This document shows positions 35,393 through 44,051 of a stretch of DNA of 64,000 nt, one piece after another (within the stretch, counting starts at the first letter, position 1; each line of letters opens with the position of its first letter). Both the position numbers and the translations under genes were made by a program. Location: the NCBI GenBank assembly GCA_963814585.1, contig CAWFDF010000013.1, positions 32,001-96,000 on the forward strand. The letters run 5' to 3'. The stretch is from an uncultured delta proteobacterium. Its GTDB lineage: Bacteria > Myxococcota > Myxococcia > Myxococcales > Anaeromyxobacteraceae. The notes under the pieces were generated by a model. The model was not told where the DNA came from and made no database searches. It saw only the letters and a list, made by a program, of their open reading frames with translations.

Positions 35393-36331
35393 ATGCGGGT
35401 GCTGCGGCTGGAGGGGAACGAGGTCCGCGTGGGCGGCGCGGAGCTGGCCGGGCGGGGGGCGACCCTCTGGATCGACCTGGCGCCCACGCCGGAGGGGCTG
35501 GCCTTCCTCGCCGAGCGGTTCCAGTTCCACCCGCTGGCGCTGGAGGACTGCCTCCACGAGGACCAGCGGGCCAAGCTGGAGGTCTACCCCGACGTCCTCT
35601 TCGCCGTGGTCCACCGGCTCTCGCCCACCCCCGACGACTCCGGGCTCGACGCCGCCGAGCTGAGCGCCTTCCTCACCGCCGAGGCGCTGGTCACCGTCCA
35701 CTCCGCGCGGATCCAGGAGGTGGACGCCGCCTTCGAGCGCTGCCGCGCCGAGCCGGGCCTGCTGGCGCGCGGCCCCGACTTCCTGCTCTACCTCCTCCAC
35801 GACGCCATCTCCGACCTGCACTTCGCGCTGGTGGATCACCTCAGCGACGAGGCCGAGGCGCTGGCCGAGGAGGTGACCTCGGGCCAGGCCGGCCCCAACG
35901 TCGCCGAGCGCATCATGATGTCCCGCCGCCAGCACACCCTGATGCGCCGGCGGGTGGGTCCCCAGCGCGAGCTCTTCGCGGCGCTGGCCCGGCCCGGCCA
36001 GGGGCTGGTGCGCGATCAGACCGCCGTCTACTTCCGCGACGTGGTCGACCACCTGGTGCGGCTCTCCGAGGAGATCGACACCGGGCGCGAGCTGCTCGCC
36101 TCCACCATGGAGACGCTCCTCTCCCAGGCCAACAACCGGCTCACGCTGGTGACCACCCGGCTCACGCTCATCGCCACCATCTTCCTGCCGCTCAACTTCG
36201 TGGCCGGCTTCTTCGGGATGAACCTGGAGATCCTGCCGGCGGTGGTGGCGGTGCCGCTGGTGATGGCCGCCATGGTCGGCGTGCCGGCGGCGATGTACGT
36301 GTTCTTCCGCCGGCGCGGCTGGCTGAACTGA
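35393..36331 (+). CDS. corA: CorA-family Mg2+/Co2+ transporter
   Basis: FHPLALED, QRAKLE, YFRDVVDH and FFGMN motifs; two C-terminal TM segments. Confidence 0.9.
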   Translation: MRVLRLEGNEVRVGGAELAGRGATLWIDLAPTPEGLAFLAERFQFHPLALEDCLHEDQRAKLEVYPDVLFAVVHRLSPTPDDSGLDAAELSAFLTAEALVTVHSARIQEVDAAFERCRAEPGLLARGPDFLLYLLHDAISDLHFALVDHLSDEAEALAEEVTSGQAGPNVAERIMMSRRQHTLMRRRVGPQRELFAALARPGQGLVRDQTAVYFRDVVDHLVRLSEEIDTGRELLASTMETLLSQANNRLTLVTTRLTLIATIFLPLNFVAGFFGMNLEILPAVVAVPLVMAAMVGVPAAMYVFFRRRGWLN

Positions 36332-36469
36332 GCTCACCCCGGGACCGCCGCTCCGGGACCGTCGCTCGGCGTCACTTCGCCGGGCAGCATTCCGCGCGCC
36401 GGCCGCGGCCCGGCGCGACCATGGGAGCCGAAGCTCTGATCCGGCGATCGTCTCGGAGGCTGCGCGGCA

Positions 36470-37787
36470 CTACGCCCCGAACACCCGCTCGAAGATGGTG
36501 TCGACGTGCTTCAGGTGGTGCTCGAGCGCGAAGCAGGCGTCGATCTCGGCCGCCGAGAGCCGCCTCGAGACCTCCGCATCGGCCTTCAGGGCGGCGCGGA
36601 AGTCGACCCGCTCCTCCCAGACCCTCATGGCGTTCCGCTGCACCAGGACGTAGCCCTCCTGTCGCGCCACGCCCTTCCCCACCAGCGCCAGGAGCACGCG
36701 CTGCGCCTCGTAGAGGCCGCCGGTCTGGTCGAGGTTCTCCTGCATGCGGGCCGGGTAGACCCGCAGGTTCTCGATCATCCCGGCGAAGCGGTTCAGCGAG
36801 AAGTCGAGCGCGATGGTGGCGTCCGGCGCGATGACCCGCTCCACCGAGGAGTGGCTGATGTCGCGCTCGTGCCAGAGCGCCACGTCCTCCAGCGCCGCCA
36901 GCGCCCAGCCGCGCAGCAGCCGGGCCATGCCGGTCAGGTTCTCCGAGAGGATCGGGTTGCGCTTGTGGGGCATGGCCGACGAGCCCTTCTGCCCGGCGGT
37001 GAACGGCTCCTCGGCCTCGCGCACCTCGGTCCGCTGCAGGTGGCGCACCTCGGTGGCGTGCTGCTCCAGGGTGGCGCCGCAGAGCGCCAGCGCCGCGAAG
37101 TACTCGGCGTGGCGGTCGCGGTTGACGACCTGGGTGGCGGCCGCCTCGCCGCCGGCCAGGCCGAGCCGCTCCATCACCAGCGCCTCGACGCGCGGATCGA
37201 CGCTGGCGAAGGTCCCCACCGCGCCGGAGATCTTGCCGACCGCCACGGTCCTCCCGGCCGCCACCAGGGCGGCCCGGCGCCGCGGCCCAGGCGTCGTACC
37301 AGCCCGCCAGCTTGAGGCCGAAGGTGATGGGCTCGGCGTGGATGCCGTGGCTGCGCCCCATCATCGGCGTGCGCCGGTGCTCCAGCGCCCGCCTCTTCAC
37401 CGCCGCCAGCACCCGGTCGACGTCGGCGAGCAGCAGCGCGGTCGCCTCGGTGAGCTGCACCGCCAGCGTGGTGTCGAGCACGTCGGAGGAGGTCATGCCC
37501 TTGTGGAGGTGGCGCGCCGGCGGGCCGCCCTTCTCCTCGGCCCAGGTGAGGAAGGCGATGACGTCGTGCTTGACCGTCTTCTCGATCTCCTCGATGCGGG
37601 CGACGTCGGCGGCGGTCAGCTGGTAGCCGTCGAAGACCCGCCGCAGCTCGGCGAGGTCCCCGGCCGGCACCTCCCCGAGCGTCACCATCGCCTCGCAGGC
37701 CAGCAGCTCGACGTCGAGCCAGATGCGGTAGCGCCGCTCGCTGGTCCAGATGCGCCCCATCTCGGCGCGGGTGTAGCGCGGGATCAT
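36470..37787 (-). CDS. purB: Adenylosuccinate lyase (frameshift near 37281)
   Basis: MIPRY, HDVIAF, TSSD and GRSHG in one frame; GAVG and [11 protein letters not shown] in another; length 3n+1. Confidence 0.93.
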
Positions 37788-38262
37788 CTTCGTGGGCGCC
37801 CTGCCGCTCGGAGCGTCCGGTCGAGCCGAAGCCGCCGTCTCCTCGCCCGGTCTCGCCGAGCGCCTCCGCCACCTGCACCGGACACGGCCGGGTCACCGGC
37901 GCGACGACGAGCTGGGCGATCCGCTCGCCCCGCTCGAACCGGACCGGCTCCTGCCCCAGGTTCACCAGGATCACCTTCACCTCGCCACGATAGTCCGAGT
38001 CGATGGTCCCCGGGGTGTTGAGCAGCGTCACCCCGTGGCGCGCCGCCAGCCCGGAGCGGGGGCGCACCTGGCCCTCGTGCCCCGGGGGGATCTCCAGGGC
38101 CAGCCCGGTGGGAACCAGCCGCCGCTGCCCGGGCTCCAGCGCCACCGGCTCGTCGGCCCGGAGATCCAGGCCCGCCGCGCCATCCGACTCGTAGCGCGGC
38201 AGCGGCAGCACCGGGCCGCGGTCGCCGACCCTCGTCACCTTCAGCTCCAGCGTCCCGGCCAT
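37784..38262 (-). CDS. dut: dUTP pyrophosphatase (3' end apparently frameshifted)
   Basis: [19 protein letters not shown] and [10 protein letters not shown] motifs; likely natural stop overlaps the purB ATG (ATGA) but is out of frame. Confidence 0.92.
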
Positions 38263-38377
38263 GGCGTCCTCGCGTTGAGACGATGCGGGGCGGCGCGCCT
38301 GGCTCGGCGGCCGCCCCGGGGGTCACTTCGGCGCCGCGGCGCTCCGGGTCGGAGCCCGCGGGCCGCGGTCGCGGCGT

Positions 38378-40543
38378 CTACGCCTTGGGCCCTCGCCGGC
38401 CGGAGCCGCCGGGGCCTTGCCGGCCACCTCGGCCAGCGCCTCCTTGCGGGAGAGCCGGATCTTGCCGGCGCGGTCGACCGAGATGACCTTGACCATCACC
38501 TCGTCGCCCTCGGCCAGCACGTCGGAGACCGCCTTGACGCGCTTGTCGGAGAGCTCGGAGATGTGGACCAGGCCGTCGGTGCCCGGGAAGATCTCCACGA
38601 AGGCGCCGAACTCGACGATCTTGCGGACCGTGCCGGTGTAGATCTTGCCGACCTCGGCCTCGGCGGTGAGGTTCTTGATCATCTTGATGGCGGCCTCGAC
38701 CTTGAGCCGGGTCGGAGCTGGCGATGGCGATGTGTGCCGTCGTCCTCGATGTTGATCGAGCAGCCGGTGCGGGCGGTGATGTCCTTGATGACCTTGCCGC
38801 CGGGCCCGATGACGTTCTTGATGAACTCGGGCCGGATCTTGATGGTGGTGATGCGCGGCGCGTACTTGCTGACGTCGCCGCGCGGGCGCCGGCAGCGACC
38901 TTGGCCATCTCGGCGAGGATGTGCTTGCGGCCGGCGGCGGCCTGGTCGAGCGCCTTCTCCAGGATCTCCCGGGTGACGCCGCCGATCTTGATGTCCATCT
39001 GGATCGAGGTGATGCCGGCGTCGGTGCCGCACACCTTGAAGTCCATGTCGCCGAGGTGGTCCTCGTCACCGAGGATGTCGGAGAGGATGGCGATCTTCTC
39101 GCCCTCCTTGATCAGCCCCATGGCGATGCCGGCCACCGGCGCCTTGATGGGCACGCCGGCGTCCATCAGCGCCAGGCAGCCGCCGCAGACCGAGGCCATC
39201 GAGGAGGAGCCGTTCGACTCCAGGATGTCCGAGACCAGGCGGATCACGTAGGGAAGTTGGCGTCCTCGCGGGAGCACCGCCTTGAGGGCCCGCTCGGCCA
39301 GGCGCCGTGGCCGATCTCGCGGCGGCCGGGGCCGCGCAGGAACTTGGCCTCGCCCACCGAGAAGGGCGGGAAGTTGTAGTGGAGCATGAACCGCTTGTAG
39401 GTCATGCCCGTCAGGCCCTCGATGCGCTGGTCGTCGGTCGGCGGTGCCGAGGGTGGCGCCCACCAGGGCCTGGGTCTCGCCGCGGGTGAAGAGCGCCGAG
39501 CCGTGGACGCGGGGCAGCAGCCCCACCTCGCACCAGATCTGGCGGATGTCGGCCATGCCGCGGCCGCCGATGCGCTTGCCCTCGTCGGTGATCATCTTGC
39601 GCATGTACTCGTACTTCACGTCCTCGTAGTAGCCCTTGATCTCCTTCTCGCGGATGGCGATCGAGGCCAGCCTGGCGGCGTCCCCGGCGGCCTCCTCCTT
39701 GAGGGCCGTCAGCAGCTCCTTCTTGATCTCCGAGAGCCGGCCGTAGCGGTCGTGCTTGTCGTGGCGGCCGTAGGCCTCCTTGACCTTGTCCCAGGTGAGG
39801 GCCTTGATCTTGACCTTGAGCGCCTCGTCCGACTTGGGCGCCTCGAAGGCCTTCTTCTGCTTGTGGCCCGAGGCCTTGTGGAGCTGGAGCTGGGCGTCGA
39901 GCAGCGGCTGGACGGCGGCGTGTCCGAAGAGCAGCGCGTCGATCATCACCGACTCGGTGATCTCCCTGGCGCCGCCCTCCACCATGGTGATGGCGTCGCG
40001 CGAGGCGGCCATGATCACGTCGAGGTCGCACTCGGCCCGCTGGGCCAGGGTGGGGTTGGCGACGAACTGGCCGTTGAGCCTGCCGACGCGGACGCCGGCG
40101 AAGGGGCCGTGGAACGGCACGTCGGAGCACTGCAGGGCCGCCGAGGCCCCCGTCAGCGCCAGCACGTCGGGGTCGTTCTCCTGGTCGAAGGAGACCACGG
40201 TGGCGATGATCTGCGTCTCGTTGGCGTAGCCCTCGGGGAAGAGCGGACGGCAGGAGCGGTCGATGATGCGGGAGGTGAGCGTCTCGCGCTCGGTGAGGCG
40301 GCCCTCGCGCTTGAAGTAGCTGCCCGGGATGCGGCCGGCGGCGTAGAGCTTCTCCTGGTAGTCGACGGTGAGGGGGAAGAAGTCGATCCCCTCCTTCTTC
40401 TCGGCCGCCGAGACCACCGTGATCAGCACGATCGACTCGCCCATGCGAGCCCAGATCGAGCCGTGCGCCTGCTTCGCGACCTTGCCGGTCTCGAGGATGA
40501 TGTCCTTGTCGCCCACGCGGGCGGTGACCTGGAACGGAGTCAT
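38378..40543 (-). CDS. pnp: Polyribonucleotide nucleotidyltransferase (multiple frameshifts)
   Basis: [25 protein letters not shown] and [10 protein letters not shown] motifs; KH (IGPGGK) and S1 (DGLVHISEL) domains spread over three frames; 3' end uncertain (38323 or 38378). Confidence 0.93.
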   Translation of the reverse strand: MTPFQVTARVGDKDIILETGKVAKQAHGSIWARMGESIVLITVVSAAEKKEGIDFFPLTVDYQEKLYAAGRIPGSYFKREGRLTERETLTSRIIDRSCRPLFPEGYANETQIIATVVSFDQENDPDVLALTGASAALQCSDVPFHGPFAGVRVGRLNGQFVANPTLAQRAECDLDVIMAASRDAITMVEGGAREITESVMIDALLFGHAAVQPLLDAQLQLHKASGHKQKKAFEAPKSDEALKVKIKALTWDKVKEAYGRHDKHDRYGRLSEIKKELLTALKEEAAGDAARLASIAIREKEIKGYYEDVKYEYMRKMITDEGKRIGGRGMADIRQIWCEVGLLPRVHGSALFTRGETQALVGATLGTADRRPAHRGPDGHDLQAVHAPLQLPALLGGRGQVPARPRPPRDRPRRLAERALKAVLPRGRQLPYVIRLVSDILESNGSSSMASVCGGCLALMDAGVPIKAPVAGIAMGLIKEGEKIAILSDILGDEDHLGDMDFKVCGTDAGITSIQMDIKIGGVTREILEKALDQAAAGRKHILAEMAKVAAGARAATSASTRRASPPSRSGPSSSRTSSGPAARSSRTSPPAPAARSTSRTTAHIAIASSDPAQGRGRHQDDQEPHRRGRGRQDLHRHGPQDRRVRRLRGDLPGHRRPGPHLRALRQARQGGLRRAGRGRRGDGQGHLGRPRRQDPALPQGGAGRGGRQGPGGSGRRGPKA

Positions 40544-40572
40544 GTGCACCTTTCGTTCTTGGGGCGCCCGGG

Positions 40573-40673
40573 GGGCCTTGGAAGAGGTGCCTCTGTTCCT
40601 CACTCCACCGCCGCTCCTTCGTCGGAGAGGCGGTCCAGTCGGAAACGGAGGCTCCTGCAGGTCCCCGAGGCCC
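40573..40673 (-). promoter_or_regulatory. Long imperfect stem in the pnp 5' leader (candidate RNase III site)
   Basis: Nested complementary arms GGGCCTCGG/CCAAGGCCC, GCCTC/GAGGC, ACCGCC/GGCGGT and CTCC/GGAG. Confidence 0.55.
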
Positions 40674-40765
40674 GTGGTTGGGGCTGCGGGTGGCGCCACC
40701 GGCCCCGTGGCCGGAAGCGCCGGCGCCCCGTCCAGACCGGCCCGGGGCGCTTCACGGCGTGCGGG

Positions 40766-41035
40766 CTACTTGCGGATGCCCAGTCCGTCGATCAGGGCCT
40801 TGTAGCGGTTCTGGTCGATCCTCTTCAGGTAGTCGAGGAGCCGCCGCCGCTGGCCGACCAGCTTGAGCAGCCCGCGCCGGCTGTGGTGGTCCTTCTTGTG
40901 GGTCTTGAAGTGATCGGTCAGGTAGTTGATGCGCTCGCTCAGCAGCGCCACCTGGACCTCGGGCGACCCGGTGTCCTTCTCGTGCTGGCGGTACTTCTGC
41001 ACCAGCTCGTTCTTCTTCTCCTGCAGCATCGCCAT
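40766..41035 (-). CDS. rpsO: 30S ribosomal protein S15
   Basis: [12 protein letters not shown] and [22 protein letters not shown]; 89 aa. Confidence 0.98.
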   Translation of the reverse strand: MAMLQEKKNELVQKYRQHEKDTGSPEVQVALLSERINYLTDHFKTHKKDHHSRRGLLKLVGQRRRLLDYLKRIDQNRYKALIDGLGIRK

Positions 41036-41120
41036 AGGTGCTCCCTCTCGAGTTGCCCCATCACCGCCGCGGGGGCGAAGGCGTGCGCCGCGGGCGGCCG
41101 TGAAGGGCCGTGAAGGCGGG

Positions 41121-41149
41121 TGTTTACGTCATCGGGTGGGGGGTGTCAA
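41121..41149 (-). promoter_or_regulatory. Sigma70 promoter of rpsO
   Basis: Minus strand TTGACA-N17-TAAACA. Confidence 0.7.
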
Positions 41150-41363
41150 CGTCCGGGCCAGATCGCGCCCTCCGGGCAGCGGGCGCGGCGGGAATCGCTG
41201 CAAGGCCAGGGGATCGTTCGCCGTCCCCCACGCCCACCCCACCTGCGCCCGCTGACCCGGGGAGGGTCATTCGGACTGCCATCCCGGCCGGACTTGGCCC
41301 TATATGGTGACTCCAGGCTCCCGGTCCAGCGCCGGGACGACGCGCAGCGGAAAGGAACGCGGG

Positions 41364-42032
41364 ATGACCGAGAGGCGGCTCTTCCAGTTCGGCGAGCGGG
41401 TGGAGGGGTACGCCATCCCCGTCCTCAACGAGCGGGAGATCCGGGCCGGCGCCGGGCTCCTCTTCCTGCTCATGTTCATCGCCATCCTCAGGGTGATCTT
41501 CACCGGGGACTTCGTGCTGCTGAAGTACGCGGCCACCTTCTTCCTCGCCGACATCGCCATCCGGGTGCTGATCAGCCCCCGGTACGCCCCGTCGCTGGTC
41601 CTGGGGCGGCTCATCGTCCGCAACCAGGTGCCCGAGTACGTGGGGGCACCGCAGAAGCGGTTCGCCTGGTTCATCGGCCTGGGGCTGGCGCTGGTCATGG
41701 TGGCGCTCCAGGTGGTCGCCAACACCTTCGGCCCCATCACCGGGCTCATCTGCCTCACCTGCCTGGTCTTCCTCTTCTTCGAGACCGCCTTCGGCATCTG
41801 CATCGGCTGCGCGATCTACCCCCTCTTCAACAAGGGGAAGGTGCAGCACTGCCCGGGCGAGGTGTGCACCCCGGCCGAGCGCCGGGAGATCCAGCGGGTG
41901 TCCGGCGGCCAGCTCCTGGTCGTGGTCGGCTTCGCGGCGCTGGCCGTGCTCGCGGTCGGCGTCCTCGACGGCGCCTACCGCCAGCCGCCCCGGCCGCTCT
42001 TCGCGCCGGAGCCACCCGCGCGATCGCGCTGA
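41364..42032 (+). CDS. DUF4395-like membrane protein
   Basis: NEREIRAGAG, PQKRFAW and FETAFGICIGC..CPGEVC motifs. Confidence 0.8.
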   Translation: MTERRLFQFGERVEGYAIPVLNEREIRAGAGLLFLLMFIAILRVIFTGDFVLLKYAATFFLADIAIRVLISPRYAPSLVLGRLIVRNQVPEYVGAPQKRFAWFIGLGLALVMVALQVVANTFGPITGLICLTCLVFLFFETAFGICIGCAIYPLFNKGKVQHCPGEVCTPAERREIQRVSGGQLLVVVGFAALAVLAVGVLDGAYRQPPRPLFAPEPPARSR

Positions 42033-42141
42033 GGAGGCTCGAGCGCCAGGGAGCCAGGACCGGCTCGTCCCGGGTGGCGCGTCCCGGCCCCCGGCTCCTC
42101 CCGCCCCACGCCCGGTCGACCGGCGCGGAGGCCGCCCGCCG

Positions 42142-43077
42142 TCAGCCTCGACGCGGGGTGCCCGGGACGCCCGGCAGGACCGGCGCGGTGATCACCCGGA
42201 CCGGCCGCAGCCGCCCCGCCAGCACCTCGCCGATCGCCACCAGGGCGCCGTCCGGCCCGACCACCCGGCAGAGGCCGTCGGCCTCCCCGGGGCGGAGCAG
42301 CTGGCGGCCGCGCGACAGGGCGATGGCCCCGTTGGCGTCGACCGGAAGCCGTGGGAAGAACGGGACCGCGTCGGCCGGCGGGATGACGCGGGCCAGCAGG
42401 GCCGCCCGATCGGCCTGGGCGAGCCGCTCCAGGGCCTCGAGCGGCAGGGCGTCCTCGAGCCGGAAGGGTCCGGCGGCGGTGCGGCGCAGCGCGGCGAGGT
42501 GGGCCGGCACGCCGAGCGACCGGCCCAGGTCGGAAGCCAGCGTGCGGACGAAGGTCCCCTTGCCGCAGCGCACCGCCAGCTGGACCAGGCGCAGGCCGTC
42601 GGCGCCGACCGGTCCGACCTCGCCGAGGACGAGGGCGTGGACCGTCACCCGGCGCGGCGCCCGCTCGACCAGCTCGCCGGCGCGGGCCGCCTCGTGGAGC
42701 CGCCTTCCGTCGATGCGCACCGCCGAGTACATGGGCGGGACCTGGTCGATCTCGCCGGTGAGGGCCGGCAGCGCCGCGCGCAGGGCCGCCTCGGTCAGCC
42801 CCGACGCGTCGCCCCGCTCCACGACCGTCCCCTCGGCGTCCTCGGTGGTGGTGGCGGCGCCGAAGGCCACCGTGGCGAGGTAGGCCTTGTCCCCCTCGGC
42901 CAGCCAGCGCTGCAGCTTGAGGGCGTCGCCCAGGCAGATGGCCAGCAGGCCGGTGGCGGCCGGGTCGAGCGTGCCGGTGTGGCCGGCGTCCCTGGTGCCG
43001 AGCGCCCGCCGCACCCGGTGGACCACGTCGTGCGAGGTGGGGCCGGCCGGCTTGTCGACGAGGAGGACGCCGTTCAT
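42142..43077 (-). CDS. truB: tRNA pseudouridine(55) synthase
   Basis: DKPAGPTSHDVV, GHTGTLDP, QVPPMYSA and GTFVRTL motifs. Confidence 0.96.
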   Translation of the reverse strand: MNGVLLVDKPAGPTSHDVVHRVRRALGTRDAGHTGTLDPAATGLLAICLGDALKLQRWLAEGDKAYLATVAFGAATTTEDAEGTVVERGDASGLTEAALRAALPALTGEIDQVPPMYSAVRIDGRRLHEAARAGELVERAPRRVTVHALVLGEVGPVGADGLRLVQLAVRCGKGTFVRTLASDLGRSLGVPAHLAALRRTAAGPFRLEDALPLEALERLAQADRAALLARVIPPADAVPFFPRLPVDANGAIALSRGRQLLRPGEADGLCRVVGPDGALVAIGEVLAGRLRPVRVITAPVLPGVPGTPRRG

Positions 43078-43126
43078 CTTCGGGTCCGGGGGCGTTCCGG
43101 CCTGGCCATGGGGCCGGGCCGGACGG

Positions 43127-43537
43127 CTACTTCTCGCCTTCTGCGTCCGGGGCGGCGTCCGGCGTGGGCCCCGGCGCGGCGCCGCGGGCGCGGGCCTCTC
43201 GCAGCAGCCGATCGATCCGGTCGCCGCGCTCCACCGACTCGTCGAAGACGATTCGCAGGTGGGGCGTGTGGCGGAGCTTGAGGTTGCGCGACACCTCGCG
43301 CTGCAGCCAGGTGGCGGCGGCGCGCAGCCCCTCCAGCGTCGCCTTCTTCACCGGCTCCTCCCCGAGGATGGAGAGGTACACGGTGACCTCCTTGAGGTCA
43401 GGCGCCATCTTGGCCCCGGTGACGGTGATCAGGCCGGTGATGCGCGGATCCTTGAGCTGGCCGTGCGCCAGCACCTGGCCCAGCTCGTGCGCGAACTCGC
43501 TCGCCACCCGCGCCGGCCTGTCGTGTCCGCTGCTCAT
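43127..43537 (-). CDS. rbfA: Ribosome-binding factor A
   Basis: LKDPR and LRHTPHLRIVFDES motifs; position after infB/DUF503. Confidence 0.93.
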   Translation of the reverse strand: MSSGHDRPARVASEFAHELGQVLAHGQLKDPRITGLITVTGAKMAPDLKEVTVYLSILGEEPVKKATLEGLRAAATWLQREVSRNLKLRHTPHLRIVFDESVERGDRIDRLLREARARGAAPGPTPDAAPDAEGEK

Positions 43538-43914
43538 CGGTCCTCCTCCTTGCCCGGCGGCTCCCAGGGGATGGCCCCCTCGGCCTCGGCCAGCGTTCGC
43601 GTCCCCTCGCCCAGCCCGTCGTCCCACGGCTCGATGACCAGGTCCCGCCCGGTCACCAGGATCTGCCCGCCGTGCATGGAGGCCACGAACCCGGCCACCT
43701 TGTCCAGGGTCTCGTTGACGAAGGCGTGGTCGTTGCCGACGGCGGTGACGCCGAGCACGCTCCGCTGCCAGAGCTCGTTGTCCGCCACCTCGGCGATGGA
43801 GACGTTGAACCGGGCCCTGACCCGATCGATGGCCGAGCGGACCAGGTGACGCTTGGACTTGAGCGAGCCCGGCGCCGGGAGGTGCAGCTCCAATCTCAGG
43901 ACACCAACGAACAT
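43534..43914 (-). CDS. DUF503 (YlxP-like) protein
   Basis: MFVGVLRLEL..SLKSKR..RFNVSIAEV..WQR; conserved position between infB and rbfA. Confidence 0.9.
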   Translation of the reverse strand: MFVGVLRLELHLPAPGSLKSKRHLVRSAIDRVRARFNVSIAEVADNELWQRSVLGVTAVGNDHAFVNETLDKVAGFVASMHGGQILVTGRDLVIEPWDDGLGEGTRTLAEAEGAIPWEPPGKEEDR

Positions 43915-43922
43915 CGGTCTCT

Positions 43923-44044
43923 CCGACGCAGGAGCCCGAGCCGAGGTCGGGCGCACGACGAGCGAGCAGCGCAGCCGTACTGTATCCGTACGGCGAGCAG
44001 CACAGCGAGGAGTCCGCCCGAGATCGGCCGGGATCGTGCGTCGG
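43923..44044. repeat. Long palindromic intergenic element, copy A
   Basis: Nested arms CCGACGCA/TGCGTCGG, GCCGA/TCGGC, TCGGGCG/CGCCCGA and GCCGTAC/GTACGGC; core aligns with 53649-53817. Confidence 0.8.
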
Positions 44045-44051
44045 CCCCGCC

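Noticed and set aside
36339..36367. Short tandem repeat CCGGGACCG(C/T)CGCT x2 after corA
   Set aside because: Only two units with no spacers; not CRISPR-like and plausible by chance.
38378..39450. Programmed frameshifting or phase variation in pnp and purB
   Set aside because: No slippery heptamers or long homopolymers at the shift sites, and too many shifts are clustered; sequencing error is simpler.
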